A program made the position numbers and the translations under genes. Below are positions 24,545-35,084 of a stretch of DNA of 46,034 nucleotides, piece by piece. The stretch covers positions 22,944,860-22,990,893 of the forward strand of contig NC_068999.1 in NCBI RefSeq assembly GCF_001194135.2. Reading direction: 5' to 3'. The notes beneath the pieces were generated by a model. It made no database searches, had not been told where the DNA came from, and saw nothing but the letters and a program-made list of their open reading frames with translations. The stretch comes from Octopus bimaculoides (taxonomy: Eukaryota). Numbering within the stretch: the first letter of the stretch is position 1; each line of letters opens with the position of its first letter.

Positions 24545-25785
24545 TAAGGAGAATATGACTTTAAATAATAGTAAAATAATTATGTGCATTTTAATAATAA
24601 TAAAAAAAACATGTTTCTTCTGTTAAAATGTTTGAGAATATTTTCGAGATATTTGTTATAAAATAAAATAGTTTCTTCATTAGTTGTTCGATAATGTTTA
24701 TTTGTCACCATAGTTGCAAACGCAAGTCCACATGTCTTTAATATCTTTCTCGCAGGTGTTGATTTGCAACGGTTCAAGTGGAATATTGATGGCATCTATC
24801 CGTAGCAATGGGAGGGACCACAAAGCCACCAAGTAAAAACAAATCTGTTTGGGAGAAGTATCATAAAGAGGCTCCCATTTTAGTTCATGCCAGTATATAA
24901 GGCAAAACCTTAGGTGTATGATATGATTTGAAGAGGAACTTCTTAATACTTCTAAAAGGTTGCGATCCCAAATAGCGATATACCTTTGTAGCTAATATAT
25001 ATATATAAATATACACAATGTACGATTAGAAGATTTTCCTTCTACATGTATTGCGACTATCAATGAAACACGTCTACCTCATTGGTTCATACGGTATGTA
25101 TTCATGTACAGAGGAAGATGAGAGTAGTTTGGAGATGAAATGAGCCTTGGCTGATAATTGTAACACACCTAGCCACCATTTTTCTTGGAACAATCAAAAG
25201 TAAGATGTAATTTGAGGTTATATTGCTCCTTAGTTGGTTCAAGCACACATTTCTACATAAAGTAGATTTGAAATTAAATGAGATTTTGATGCGATTCCTT
25301 TTATTTCTACCTACCTGCGTTGATTCTTGCACATTTTAAACGTATATATATATAAGAATGGTGTTTGTGCGTGTGCATATTTAGTGTGTTGAGAGAGATA
25401 GAGAAGAGAGAGATAGAGATAAAGAGAGAGATAAAGAGAAGACGATAGAGTGACAGACAGAAAATGAAGAAGACCAACAGATACAAACTCTAACCTCTAA
25501 CATACACGCTTATACACAGGCCCAGAAACATGCTCACTTCTAGACTTGCGTTTGTAACTGTGGTGATATATGAAGTTTATCGAAGAACTAATGATGAAAC
25601 AATAATACTGTATTACAGAAATATCTTGAAAATATTCTCAACTAATTCAATAGCAATAAATGTACATTTTATTGAAATGCTCACCATGTTCATAGCCATA
25701 TTGTTGACATAAGTTAGGTAAACATTATTTCGTCTTCATAATACTTTATTGGTACATAGAGTTATATTCCCTTTACATCATATCT
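24545..25785. repeat. Imperfect inverted repeat pair (24545-24740 / 25530-25785)
   Basis: The reverse complement of the left arm, GACTTGCGTTTGCAACTATGGTGACAAATAAACATTATCGAACAACTAATGAAGAAAC..ATATCTCGAAAATATTCTCAA, aligns with GACTTGCGTTTGTAACTGTGGTGATATATGAAGTTTATCGAAGAACTAATGATGAAAC..ATATCTTGAAAATATTCTCAA. Confidence 0.8.
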
Positions 25786-26618
25786 GTCCAATGAAATGTT
25801 CTGTGGAAAGTATGACAGAGTGAAGCATATGATTCAGGTTGGACTCATATGCCTATCAGAAACGATTTAAAAGCACACGCGCCCTAGATGTGTGTCTGTT
25901 AGGAAAGGCCGCTTGCTAGAAAGCGAAAGACATACAGCGTGTGGAAACGAAATATTACTGACCGCAAAACTGAATGTATGTTCAAAAACGGAGGAATGTA
26001 TGCCTTATCTATGATAACATCCAAATGACCGCAGAATTCTAATTCAAACAAAGGAATCAAGATAAGCTTGACGGGTGACTTCATAAATTTCCGAGTATTA
26101 ACGCCAGAAATAAAGGAAAGGATCTCGTGGGAAAATCTAGGACACGGCTTCGCTTCTTGTCTATGAATCCAAGAAACGATTTCCTACAAACCTCATTTTG
26201 GCAAAAGCTAGAAAGAGACTGAATCAAAGCTAATTTATATTGTCAAGACAAATGTTACCAATATTGTGACGTCATAATGATTCTTTCGACTTCTGTTTTT
26301 GTTAAATTATAAATAATAAAGAGTAAAATTTATTAAACTAAAGTTAAGAATTAACAAAAGACATTTGTTTACACCGGTAGACATAAAAGTTTTATATGTA
26401 TCTTTTGTAAACAAGTTGATGTTAGTCACCTGATGCCATCACCCGTAAATTATCCAATACAAAATAAGATGACATAACAAAATTTGATGTCATATATCAA
26501 AGGAAATTAACAAGTGATATGTAAAAAGGCTTGTCGGCCTTCTTCATGGACTCAGTGGACTAAATGGAAAAGCGTTGCCCCGGAGGATGGCGAAGAAAAT
26601 GAATGAATAAATAAATAA

Positions 26619-26653
<35 letters not shown>

Positions 26654-26660
<7 letters not shown>

Positions 26661-26816
26661 GACGGGCTTCTTTCAGTTTCGGTCAACCAAATCTACTCAC
26701 AAGGTTTTGGTCAGCCCGGAACTATAGTAGAAGATATTTTCCCACGTTAGGGGACTGAACCCGGGATCATATGGATGAGAAGCAAGCTTCTTACCACACA
26801 GCCACGCCTGCGCCTA
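26654..26816 (-). mobile_element. SINE family B, 5' half only
   Basis: Minus head TAGGCGCAGGCGTGGCTGTGTGGTAAGAAGC (A-box) and GGTTCAGTCCCC (B-box). It ends in (AT)n at 26620-26657. Confidence 0.9.
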
Positions 26817-27180
26817 GCAGTATTTTCTTTTCGGAGACATGCCGAATGCCTAAACCACTACAATGAGACTACTTGACCCTCAACTAAACGCTGGTCAAGA
26901 TAATGACAAGACAACTGTGCTCGTATGAGAATGCAGAAGGAAGTTACAAAATACCTGAAGTATCTACAGACCGCATGGTAACATCTAACTTGGTATATAT
27001 AGATTATAAAACATCGCGGCAGATATTTTTCCTATATCATCGCTTCGAGCAGCGTATTTTCACATGGAACAATTACTCCCTATTGACCTGCTATATCCAG
27101 CTTCGAAGCTTCGGAGAGGAAGGCTGTTATCTCTTCCACGCATATTTCAATGAAATGCCAATATCTGTATCATATATATA

Positions 27181-28297
27181 CTGGGCGTATCAGAAAAATT
27201 GTCCACGTTTTAAATTCTATTTCGAACCTTTTTTATCTCAGGAATGCTTAAAGATAACTTAATGGAATTATCAGAGGTTTTTCCAACACTATTGGACTCT
27301 ACTTTGAAGAAGAAAAGATGTTGATTACGCTCCAAGCTCACCAAAAGAAACGTGGTTAGGTTAATCATGGACGAAAATGACATTTTCGTAAATAACTAAC
27401 CATAGCGCACAAAGAGAGCTCATAAAGGATTGGAATAAAGTTTCATTTCAAAGTACCAGGGTCAATCCTGGCCGAAATTCTACCTGTCAGGAATCAAAAT
27501 TTGCTCCTCTTTAGGCAATATCTTCCTCAACCCTCTGCCTGATTGCACCACAAGCTTTTTTAATCTATTCCTCATCAATGTCTTCTTCCTACGTCCTACA
27601 GATGGAGTCTTTGCGGGCTTTCAGGTTATAGTGGGGCTTCTCACAGGTTTTTCTGACCAGTTCGTTTCAGATGTTGAAGTCTAAAGGGTTCAAATCAAGT
27701 GATGAAGGAAGCCAGGTGTCCTTATCCCCAAACCTGTTCCCAAACTCATCCCTGAGAAACGTTTGAGCTTCTACACTTGTGTGACAAGGACCTCCATCTT
27801 GCTGGAACGTGAGCTTGAAGTTCTTAACAATCTTGTTGAGGTTCCCTCATCTTTTGCCTCAGGATATTCAGAAAGATTCCAGGTCTTTGCATCTTTCACA
27901 ACCTAAACACCACAAATCCATTCAGTCTCCCAGCTTTTTCAAAGACGATCAATGGCATATTCTTGCCATCAGAGTCTACATGGATGAAAATCATCACATA
28001 GCAGGGCTTTTGCACCTGAAAATGATATTTTTGGCTCTCTCGTGAGGAGCTGAAGCCAGAACGCGACTGGTGCATCTATTTGTATGCGTATGCTGAGTGA
28101 AATTCTTCTTATCTGTGTAAAAGATCATTCTAGGATTATGTTTCACTTTGTTCAAGATGATCTTACCATCCCTGCAGCCAAAACTACCGGTTCCAGTTGT
28201 GACAAGAAGCCAGCAGCATCGAGGTCCCCTCTAAGTATGTCATTCAGGACAGCGTCACGAGTGAACTGGCCCTCTTGTTGTGTCTGATCACAGCAGG
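27181..28297 (-). mobile_element. Decayed Tc1/mariner-superfamily transposon, maT-like (DD38D spacing)
   Basis: Minus translation: KIILNKVKH..IFYTDKKNFT..SRVLA, QKP.YVMI..V.SDGK.MPL, FQQDGGPCHT, WLPSSLDLNPLDF, PHYNL. A TA-flanked TIR-like end CTGGGCGTATCAGAAAAATTGTCC lies at 27181. No matching second TIR was found. Confidence 0.85.
28167..28297 (-). CDS. Candidate 131-bp exon (phase 1 to 0, CCDQTQQEGQFTRDAVLNDILRGDLDAAGFLSQLEPVVLAAGM), overlapping the transposase region
   Basis: Pyrimidine-rich acceptor CTCTCTGTCAG, donor ATG|GTAAGA, single open frame. It may be cryptic splice sites within the TE. Confidence 0.25.
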
Positions 28298-28747
28298 CTG
28301 ACAGAGAGCGAGAGAGTGAGCGACAGTAAATGAGAAAGACATACAAGGAGGATAAAAGAGAGTGAGAAAGACAGACAGACAGATAGACAGATAGACAGAC
28401 AGACAGACAGACATAGACAGAGATAGTGCGAAGGAGACCAATCGACACTAACTACATACTCTGGCATGCATTCGTACACTCAAGTTCATCATATACACAC
28501 TTGTAGCCAAAGACTTGTGAAGTTATGACACCACATGATATCTGAATTTTGTCGTACAAATAATGAAGCTATTTTACTTTACTCCAGAAATATATCGTAA
28601 ATATTCTTCACTATTTTAATAACAAACATACATTTTAATAAAATACTCACCATATTTGTAGTCATACTCCGTTAACGCAGGTATGATTACATAAAGAGTA
28701 ACCATTATTTTAGTGTTCAGGCCTAAGCTATTAGCATGGTTCTAAGT

Positions 28748-28992
28748 GTGCATATATGTATTTATATGTGTGTGTCTTTGTTTCTCCCCCCACCCCGGGC
28801 CACCGCTTGACAACCGATGCTGGTGTGTTTATGGCCCCGTAACAAAACGGTTTGGCATAATAGATCGATAGAATAAGTACTAGACTTACAAAGAATAAGT
28901 CCTGGGGTCAATTTCTTCGACCAAAACCCTTTAAAGCGGTGCTCCAGCATGGTCGCAGTCAAATGACTGAAACAAGTAGAAGAATTAAAGAA
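28748..28992 (+). mobile_element. SINE family B, 3' half only
   Basis: Microsatellite, then CCGCTTGACAACCGATGCTGGTGTGTTTA..GAATAAGTACTAG..GCTCCAGCATGGTCGCAGTCAAATGACTGAAACAAG. Confidence 0.9.
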
Positions 28993-29070
28993 TATATATA
29001 TATATATTTATATATATATGAATATATATACTCACACCCATACATACGCACACATGCACGCACGCACACG

Positions 29071-29105
<35 letters not shown>

Positions 29106-29590
29106 GGCTTCCAGGAAACATCTCGCAATATGGAACATGTAGGCTTTCGGCATCCGTGAAATAATCATGTCTTTCCCTAGCTCTCCGGGTCCCAGATCCA
29201 TTATACCAGCTGAACGTGTCTTTCATAGGCCCTGGGTGCAAATGGGAACCTATTCCCTGGGTATAAGAGCTGATGTTCTTGTCTCTAGTTTAGAGGGGGC
29301 ATTCACATCCACAGGGCATCTGACCTCCGCATTAAGACATTTTTATTTCTTTGTCCTATACATAAATATCAGACCGACTGTATCTGATCTGGCTTAATAT
29401 CTTTTTTGGAATGCTTCACTAGAATTCCTTATTTTTTAATTTCGGTTCTAAGCTGCTTTCGGTGTGGCCATCAGGATATTACTTCGTACAATCAACATTA
29501 TAAATGGCTTGGACAACTGATAATGTGAGTGATATCTACCAAATTGGTAGAATCGACATTGTTTTTCGATAACAATGTGATTGCCTAAAG

Positions 29591-30102
29591 CATGGGTGAG
29601 GAAACACCCTGCCCGCGGGTGCAATAGCGCCCGCGAGCCCGTTTTATTGTGCCCGCAGGCTGATATACTCATATGTACAAAATATAGTAAATTTTTCAAA
29701 CAAAATTTATACAATATTCGTATACCTATTTGCGACATGGGTCGCGTTTCCACTACGACTTAAAATGGTCAGAAATCGTCTGGCAATTGCCATTTGAATG
29801 GATTCCACTATAAAACACATACTGCTAAGTTTATACCACCCCCTTGAGACCCAACTACACTTTAGCTGAAAAAAGATAGAATACCACATAAGTAATATAA
29901 ACGTCCTAAATTCAGTGGCGGCGTTAATGAAGATGTTACGCATTAATTTAATGTGTTAAACTTATCTTTATTAATGTATATCAAATTATATATAGATGTA
30001 TACAAGATTTACACAGATATAAGAGTTAGAACCTGTGATCCGCCCGCGGACTTTTTCTTTGGAAATTTTTGCCCGCCGCACTAAAAAGTGACCCCAACCT
30101 TG
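29591..30102 (+). mobile_element. hAT (Charlie/SPIN-like) non-autonomous element
   Basis: Degenerate TIRs CATGGGTGAGGAAAC / GTGACCCCAACCTTG and subterminal GCCCGC repeats. The 8-bp flanks GCCTAAAG (29583-29590) and GCTTAGAG (30103-30110) match at 6/8. Internal residue of a transposase C-terminus (TYL, RNRL..CHL). Confidence 0.7.
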
Positions 30103-30114
30103 GCTTAGAGCAAT

Positions 30115-30480
30115 GTATGTATGTATGTACTTTTATGTGTATCCATATCTATGTGCTTGTATGTATGTGTGTATGTATGTATCTATGTATGTTTGCATGT
30201 ATGTATGTTATCTTAACATTTAGACAAATGAACTAGGCCAGTGTATCATAGGTGTTGCAGGAAGGCTACAAGAGTATTGGTAAGAGATACGTGAAGCATT
30301 AAAGTGAGAGTAGAGAATGTTGTTAAAATAGGCGAGTAAACAGTGAAATTCGACAAGGAATGTGGGTAAGGTAAAGAAACAGTACCTACCTCTAAGTATT
30401 CGTAAAACAAACGTGTAAGTGTGTGTGTGTGTATATGTATGTGTATGTGTATGTATGTGTGTGTGAACGAAACCGCAGGT

Positions 30481-30512
<32 letters not shown>

Positions 30513-30578
30513 GGGAGAATATACAAAAAATAACAACAGACGAGGACAGGTGGTGTAAATAACAAAATTATATATTAG

Positions 30579-30639
<61 letters not shown>

Positions 30640-30754
30640 ATGTATGTATATACTGTTTATACACCAGGCTCTCGCTTTAAACTGATATTATTCATACGCA
30701 CATATAAATTTGCACACATAGTCTTTTATACCTGTTCGAACATGAACATACTTC

Positions 30755-30823
<69 letters not shown>

Positions 30824-30845
30824 TTNNNNNNNNNNTCTCTTTCTT

Positions 30846-30908
<63 letters not shown>

Positions 30909-31123
30909 TACATGCACGATCGTACACACGCACATACATATACAGTGAATACCGTGCGTCAAACAAAATGTTTTGCCATCTGGCTCATCACGTTTTAAGT
31001 TCTCGGGCACTAGTGATAGCTCTGCTCCAGTTATCGGTCAATTAACCCGGCTCTCTCGCTCTCTCTCTCTCCCTCTTACACACACACACACACACACATA
31101 CACACACACAAATACACACACAC

Positions 31124-31182
<59 letters not shown>
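30115..31182. repeat. Cluster of compound microsatellites (TATG, AT, GT, CT, CA)
   Basis: Direct; interspersed with short unique segments. Confidence 0.9.
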
Positions 31183-31183
<1 letters not shown>

Positions 31184-31562
31184 TCTTTTACTCTTTTACT
31201 CTTTTACTTGTTTCAGTCATTTGACTGTGGCCATGCTGGAGCACTGCCTTTAGTCTAACAAATCGACCCCAGGACTTATTCTTTGTAAGCCTAGTACTTA
31301 TTCTATCGATATCTTTAGCCGAACCGCTAGGTTACGGGGACGTAAACACACCAGCATCGGTTGTCAAGTAATGTTGGGGTGGAAAAACACAGACATACAA
31401 ACATACACACACACACACATATATATATACATATATACGACGGGTTTCTTTCAGTTTCCGTCTACCAAATCCACTCACAAGGCTTTGGTCGGCCCGAGGC
31501 TATAGTAGAAGACACTTGCCCAAGGTGCCACGCAGTGGGACTGAACCCAGAACCATGTGGTT
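31183..31562 (-). mobile_element. SINE family B, head running into a gap
   Basis: (TACTCTTT)n tail, full 3' half, internal (CA/TA)n, and CCCAAGGTGCCACGCAGTGGGACTGAACCC. Confidence 0.92.
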
Positions 31563-32139
31563 NNNNNNNNNNNNNNNNNNNNNNNNNNNNNNNNNNNNNN
31601 NNNNNNNNNNNNNNNNNNNNNNNNNNNNNNNNNNNNNNNNNNNNNNNNNNNNNNNNNNNNNNNNNNNNNNNNNNNNNNNNNNNNNNNNNNNNNNNNNNNN
31701 NNNNNNNNNNNNNNNNNNNNNNNNNNNNNNNNNNNNNNNNNNNNNNNNNNNNNNNNNNNNNNNNNNNNNNNNNNNNNNNNNNNNNNNNNNNNNNNNNNNN
31801 NNNNNNNNNNNNNNNNNNNNNNNNNNNNNNNNNNNNNNNNNNNNNNNNNNNNNNNNNNNNNNNNNNNNNNNNNNNNNNNNNNNNNNNNNNNNNNNNNNNN
31901 NNNNNNNNNNNNNNNNNNNNNNNNNNNNNNNNNNNNNNNNNNNNNNNNNNNNNNNNNNNNNNTATATATATATATATATATATATATTTCGTTTTTGCAT
32001 TTGGTTTGCAAGATTCTTTATGTGAATTCGTGTGTTGAAGCATACTTTATTGTGTCTGGGGAGAGTCATTCTCTTTTAGAGCCGTATTAATTAAACACAC
32101 TCACTGGTCTGATTTCCACTCATTTACTTATTTATTTTT

Positions 32140-32178
32140 ACAAAAATTTTCGTTGTTTCTTGCAACCTTCTCAATAGT
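32140..32178 (-). ncRNA. Minimal type I hammerhead motif in the left arm
   Basis: Minus: ACTA-TTGAGAA-G-GTTGC-AAGAA-ACAAC-GAA-AATT-T-TTGT. It has a U3/A8 core and a palindromic AATT stem III, with one mismatch each in stems I and II. Confidence 0.5.
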
Positions 32179-32416
32179 CGTTGACCGTCCGTTATCGGAA
32201 CTGCGTCTTTTTATTCTTTTTTGTTTGTTTGTTTGCTTGTGCGCATGCGTGTGCATCAGTCTACGTGCGCATACACATATGTATTTATGTATATATGTAT
32301 GTATGTATGATGTGTGTGTATGTATGTATGTATGTATGTATGTATGTGTGTATGTATGTATGCAGTATGTGTGTGTGTATGCATGTGCATGTTTGTATGT
32401 ATGTATGTGTGTATGC

Positions 32417-32454
<38 letters not shown>

Positions 32455-32516
32455 GCATGTATGTATGTATGTATGCATGTATGCACTTTTGTATGTATTC
32501 TGCATGTATGTGTGTA

Positions 32517-32567
<51 letters not shown>

Positions 32568-33362
32568 GTATGTATGTATTCTGTATATTCAGGTGCTTGT
32601 GTGTTCATCTCTGTGTTTGTGTTCATGTTTCTGTCTGTGTATGTTTGTGTGTGTGTGCATGATTGTGGGTGTCTGTGTCTAGATTTGTGTGACGTCAGAG
32701 ATCCATCATATCACAACTATGTAGGACGTACCCCTTTGAGAATACCACATGCACCAATGATAACTGCATGATATGTAAGATTAACCCTGGTATTAACTGT
32801 AGAACTAGAAATGTAGTCTACAGCATAAAGTGCATAGCGAGTGCTTGTAAAGACAAGAACATTATATACATAAGTGAGACATTTAGAAACATTGTAGAGA
32901 AGCTAAATAAACATTTGAGAGAATATGACGACGAAAAAACAATCCTCCATACTCTACCAACATGCCAAAGGCCAACATGGAGGCACACTGGGTTAACTTG
33001 ACATCCGTATTTTATCCAAGCACCCGAAGGACCCAACACTCAGAGAGGTACAAGAGCACGTCCTCATTAATGAAACATCCCCAATACTAATACGAAATAT
33101 ACATAGAAGGTATCATATCTCAATACCCACAGTTTATATAGTTACACAAACCCATACTCAGACAGACACAAACATGCACACACATACAGACACGCAAACA
33201 TGAACACAAACACAAACACACACACACAAACACAAACACAAACACACACACAAACACACAAACGTGAACGCACAAGCACATGGATGTGCAGAATACATAC
33301 ATACATACAAACGTGTACACATGCATATATATATGCATACACACACAAACATGCATACACAC

Positions 33363-33395
<33 letters not shown>

Positions 33396-33496
33396 CATAT
33401 GTGTATGCGTACGCACACTGACGCACACGCATGCGCACAAACAAACAAACAAACAAACAAAAAAGAACGCAGTTCCGATAATGGACAGAGTCAACG

Positions 33497-33535
33497 ACTA
33501 TTGGAAAGGTTGCAAGACGCAACGAAAACTTTAGT
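33497..33535 (+). ncRNA. Minimal type I hammerhead motif in the right arm
   Basis: ACTA-TTGGAAA-G-GTTGC-AAGAC-GCAAC-GAA-AACT-T-TAGT. Stems I and II are perfect; A6 is mutated to G and AATT to AACT. Confidence 0.5.
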
Positions 33536-33866
33536 ATAAATAAATGAATGGAAATCAGACCGGTGAGTGTGTTAAATCAATAAGGCACTAAAAGAGAATG
33601 ACTCTCACCAGGCACAATAATATATATATATGTGTGTGTAACATATGATATAATTATAAACAGTGCAAATTTTAGCCATTTCTCCGCAGACTGAAAAGAT
33701 GTTATATATATATATTAATACAGGCACTAAGTAATTTATTATAAAATATATTATTTATATACATATTTATTCAACGACGAAACAATTGTTGTTAAATAAG
33801 AATATCGAATGGTAGCACAAACCTTATCACAGTATATTTTTCTCTTTACCTATAACTATATATAGA

Positions 33867-33961
33867 TGCCGGTGGAATTTGAACTCGGAACACAAAGACG
33901 AACGAAATGACGGTGAGCATTTTTGCCTGGTGCGGTAACGATTCTGCCAGCTCGCCGCCTT
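33867..33961 (-). mobile_element. SINE family A, head fragment
   Basis: Minus AAGGCGGCGAGCTGGCAGAATC..GAGTTCAAATTCCACCGG. Confidence 0.85.
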
Positions 33962-33980
33962 TAGATGTAAATCAAATACT

Positions 33981-34177
33981 GGTTTCAAATTTTGGTACGA
34001 GTCCAGCGATTTCGGGGAAGGGCCTAAGTCAATTAAATCAACCCTATTCCTCAACTGGTACTTATTTCCTCGACCCTGGAAGGATGAAAGGCCAAGTCGA
34101 CCCTGGCGACATTTGAACTTCGACCGTAAAGACGGACGAAATACCGCTAAGTATTTTGCCCGGCATGCTAACGATTC
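33981..34177 (-). mobile_element. SINE family A, lacking the first ~15 nt
   Basis: Same family sequence, abutting the next copy. Confidence 0.85.
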
Positions 34178-34384
34178 TTATTTCTTTATTTCCCACAAGG
34201 AGACAAACAAGGGGCTTAAGTTGATTACATCGACCCAGTGCGTAACTGGTACTTAATTTATCGACCCCGAAAGGATGAATGGCAAAGTCGACCTCGGTGG
34301 AATTTGAACTCAGAACATAACAGCAGACGAAATACCGTTAAGCATTTCGCCCGGCGTGCTAACGATTCTGCCAGCTCACCACCT
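34178..34384 (-). mobile_element. SINE family A variant with a different 3' tail
   Basis: Head GGTGGTGAGCTGGCAGAATC, tail CCTTGTGGGAAATAAAGAAATA. Confidence 0.9.
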
Positions 34385-34418
34385 CAAAGATATAAAGCTA
34401 ATGTTACAAACTAAGACA

Positions 34419-34542
34419 AGCGGTGAGCTGGCAGAATTGTTAGCAGCATTTCGTCCGTTTTCACGTTCTGAGTTCAAAATTCTGCTCGGTTCGACTTTAA
34501 CTTTCCTCCTTTCGGGATAGATAAATTAAGTACTAGTTGAGC
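34419..34542 (+). mobile_element. SINE family A, head-to-head with the previous copy, running into a gap
   Basis: GCGGTGAGCTGGCAGAATTG..GAGTTCAAAATTC..GATAAATTAAGTAC. Confidence 0.88.
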
Positions 34543-34963
34543 NNNNNNNNNNNNNNNNNNNNNNNNNNNNNNNNNNNNNNNNNNNNNNNNNNNNNNNNNN
34601 NNNNNNNNNNNNNNNNNNNNNNNNNNNNNNNNNNNNNNNNNNNNNNNNNNNNNNNNNNNNNNNNNNNNNNNNNNNNNNNNNNNNNNNNNNNNNNNNNNNN
34701 NNNNNNNNNNNNNNNNNNNNNNNNNNNNNNNNNNNNNNNNNNNNNNNNNNNNNNNNNNNNNNNNNNNNNNNNNNNNNNNNNNNNNNNNNNNNNNNNNNNN
34801 NNNNNNNNNNNNNNNNNNNNNNNNNNNNNNNNNNNNNNNNNNNNNNNNNNNNNNNNNNNNNNNNNNNNNNNNNNNNNNNNNNNNNNNNNNNNNNNNNNNN
34901 NNNNNNNNNNNNNNNNAAAAGATAAAGGTATGCGAGCCCAGGATGGTCTATATCCTCACTTAC

Positions 34964-35046
34964 AAAATCCTTGGACACCATTCTCAACAAGACATGCCCA
35001 TATTTAATAGTTCTTTCAAGGGTGGCGTGGGGAGATATCAGCAAAG
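34964..35046 (-). CDS. 83-bp internal coding exon (phase 1 to 0, LLISPHATLERTIKYGHVLLRMVSKDF); possibly an ANF-receptor/PBP1-type ligand-binding domain
   Basis: Acceptor AAGCTTTTGCTTTTCAG, donor TTT|GTAAGT, and only one frame open. The peptide loosely resembles the ISY.AT...LS....Y..F.R.V..D motif. The product call is low confidence. Confidence 0.55.
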
Positions 35047-35084
35047 CTGAAAAGCAAAAGCTTATTGTTTACTTTATTTACATT

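Larger units (their letters stand above)
32049..33620 (+). mobile_element. Penelope-like element fragment in fold-back configuration: GIY-YIG remnant flanked by ~500-650-bp inverted arms
   Basis: Core 32768-33110 reads INCRTRNVVYSIKC...C...IYISETFRNIVEKLNKH (Penelope GIY-YIG). Arms 32049-32694 and 33140-33620 are reverse complements, including unique sequence and the microsatellite order. Confidence 0.85.

Noticed and set aside
32128-33539. Many Y/V/C/M- and H/T/Y/I-rich ORFs (also 30220-31224, 42679-43489)
   Set aside because: Translations of (TATG)n, (GT)n, (CT)n and (AT)n microsatellites.
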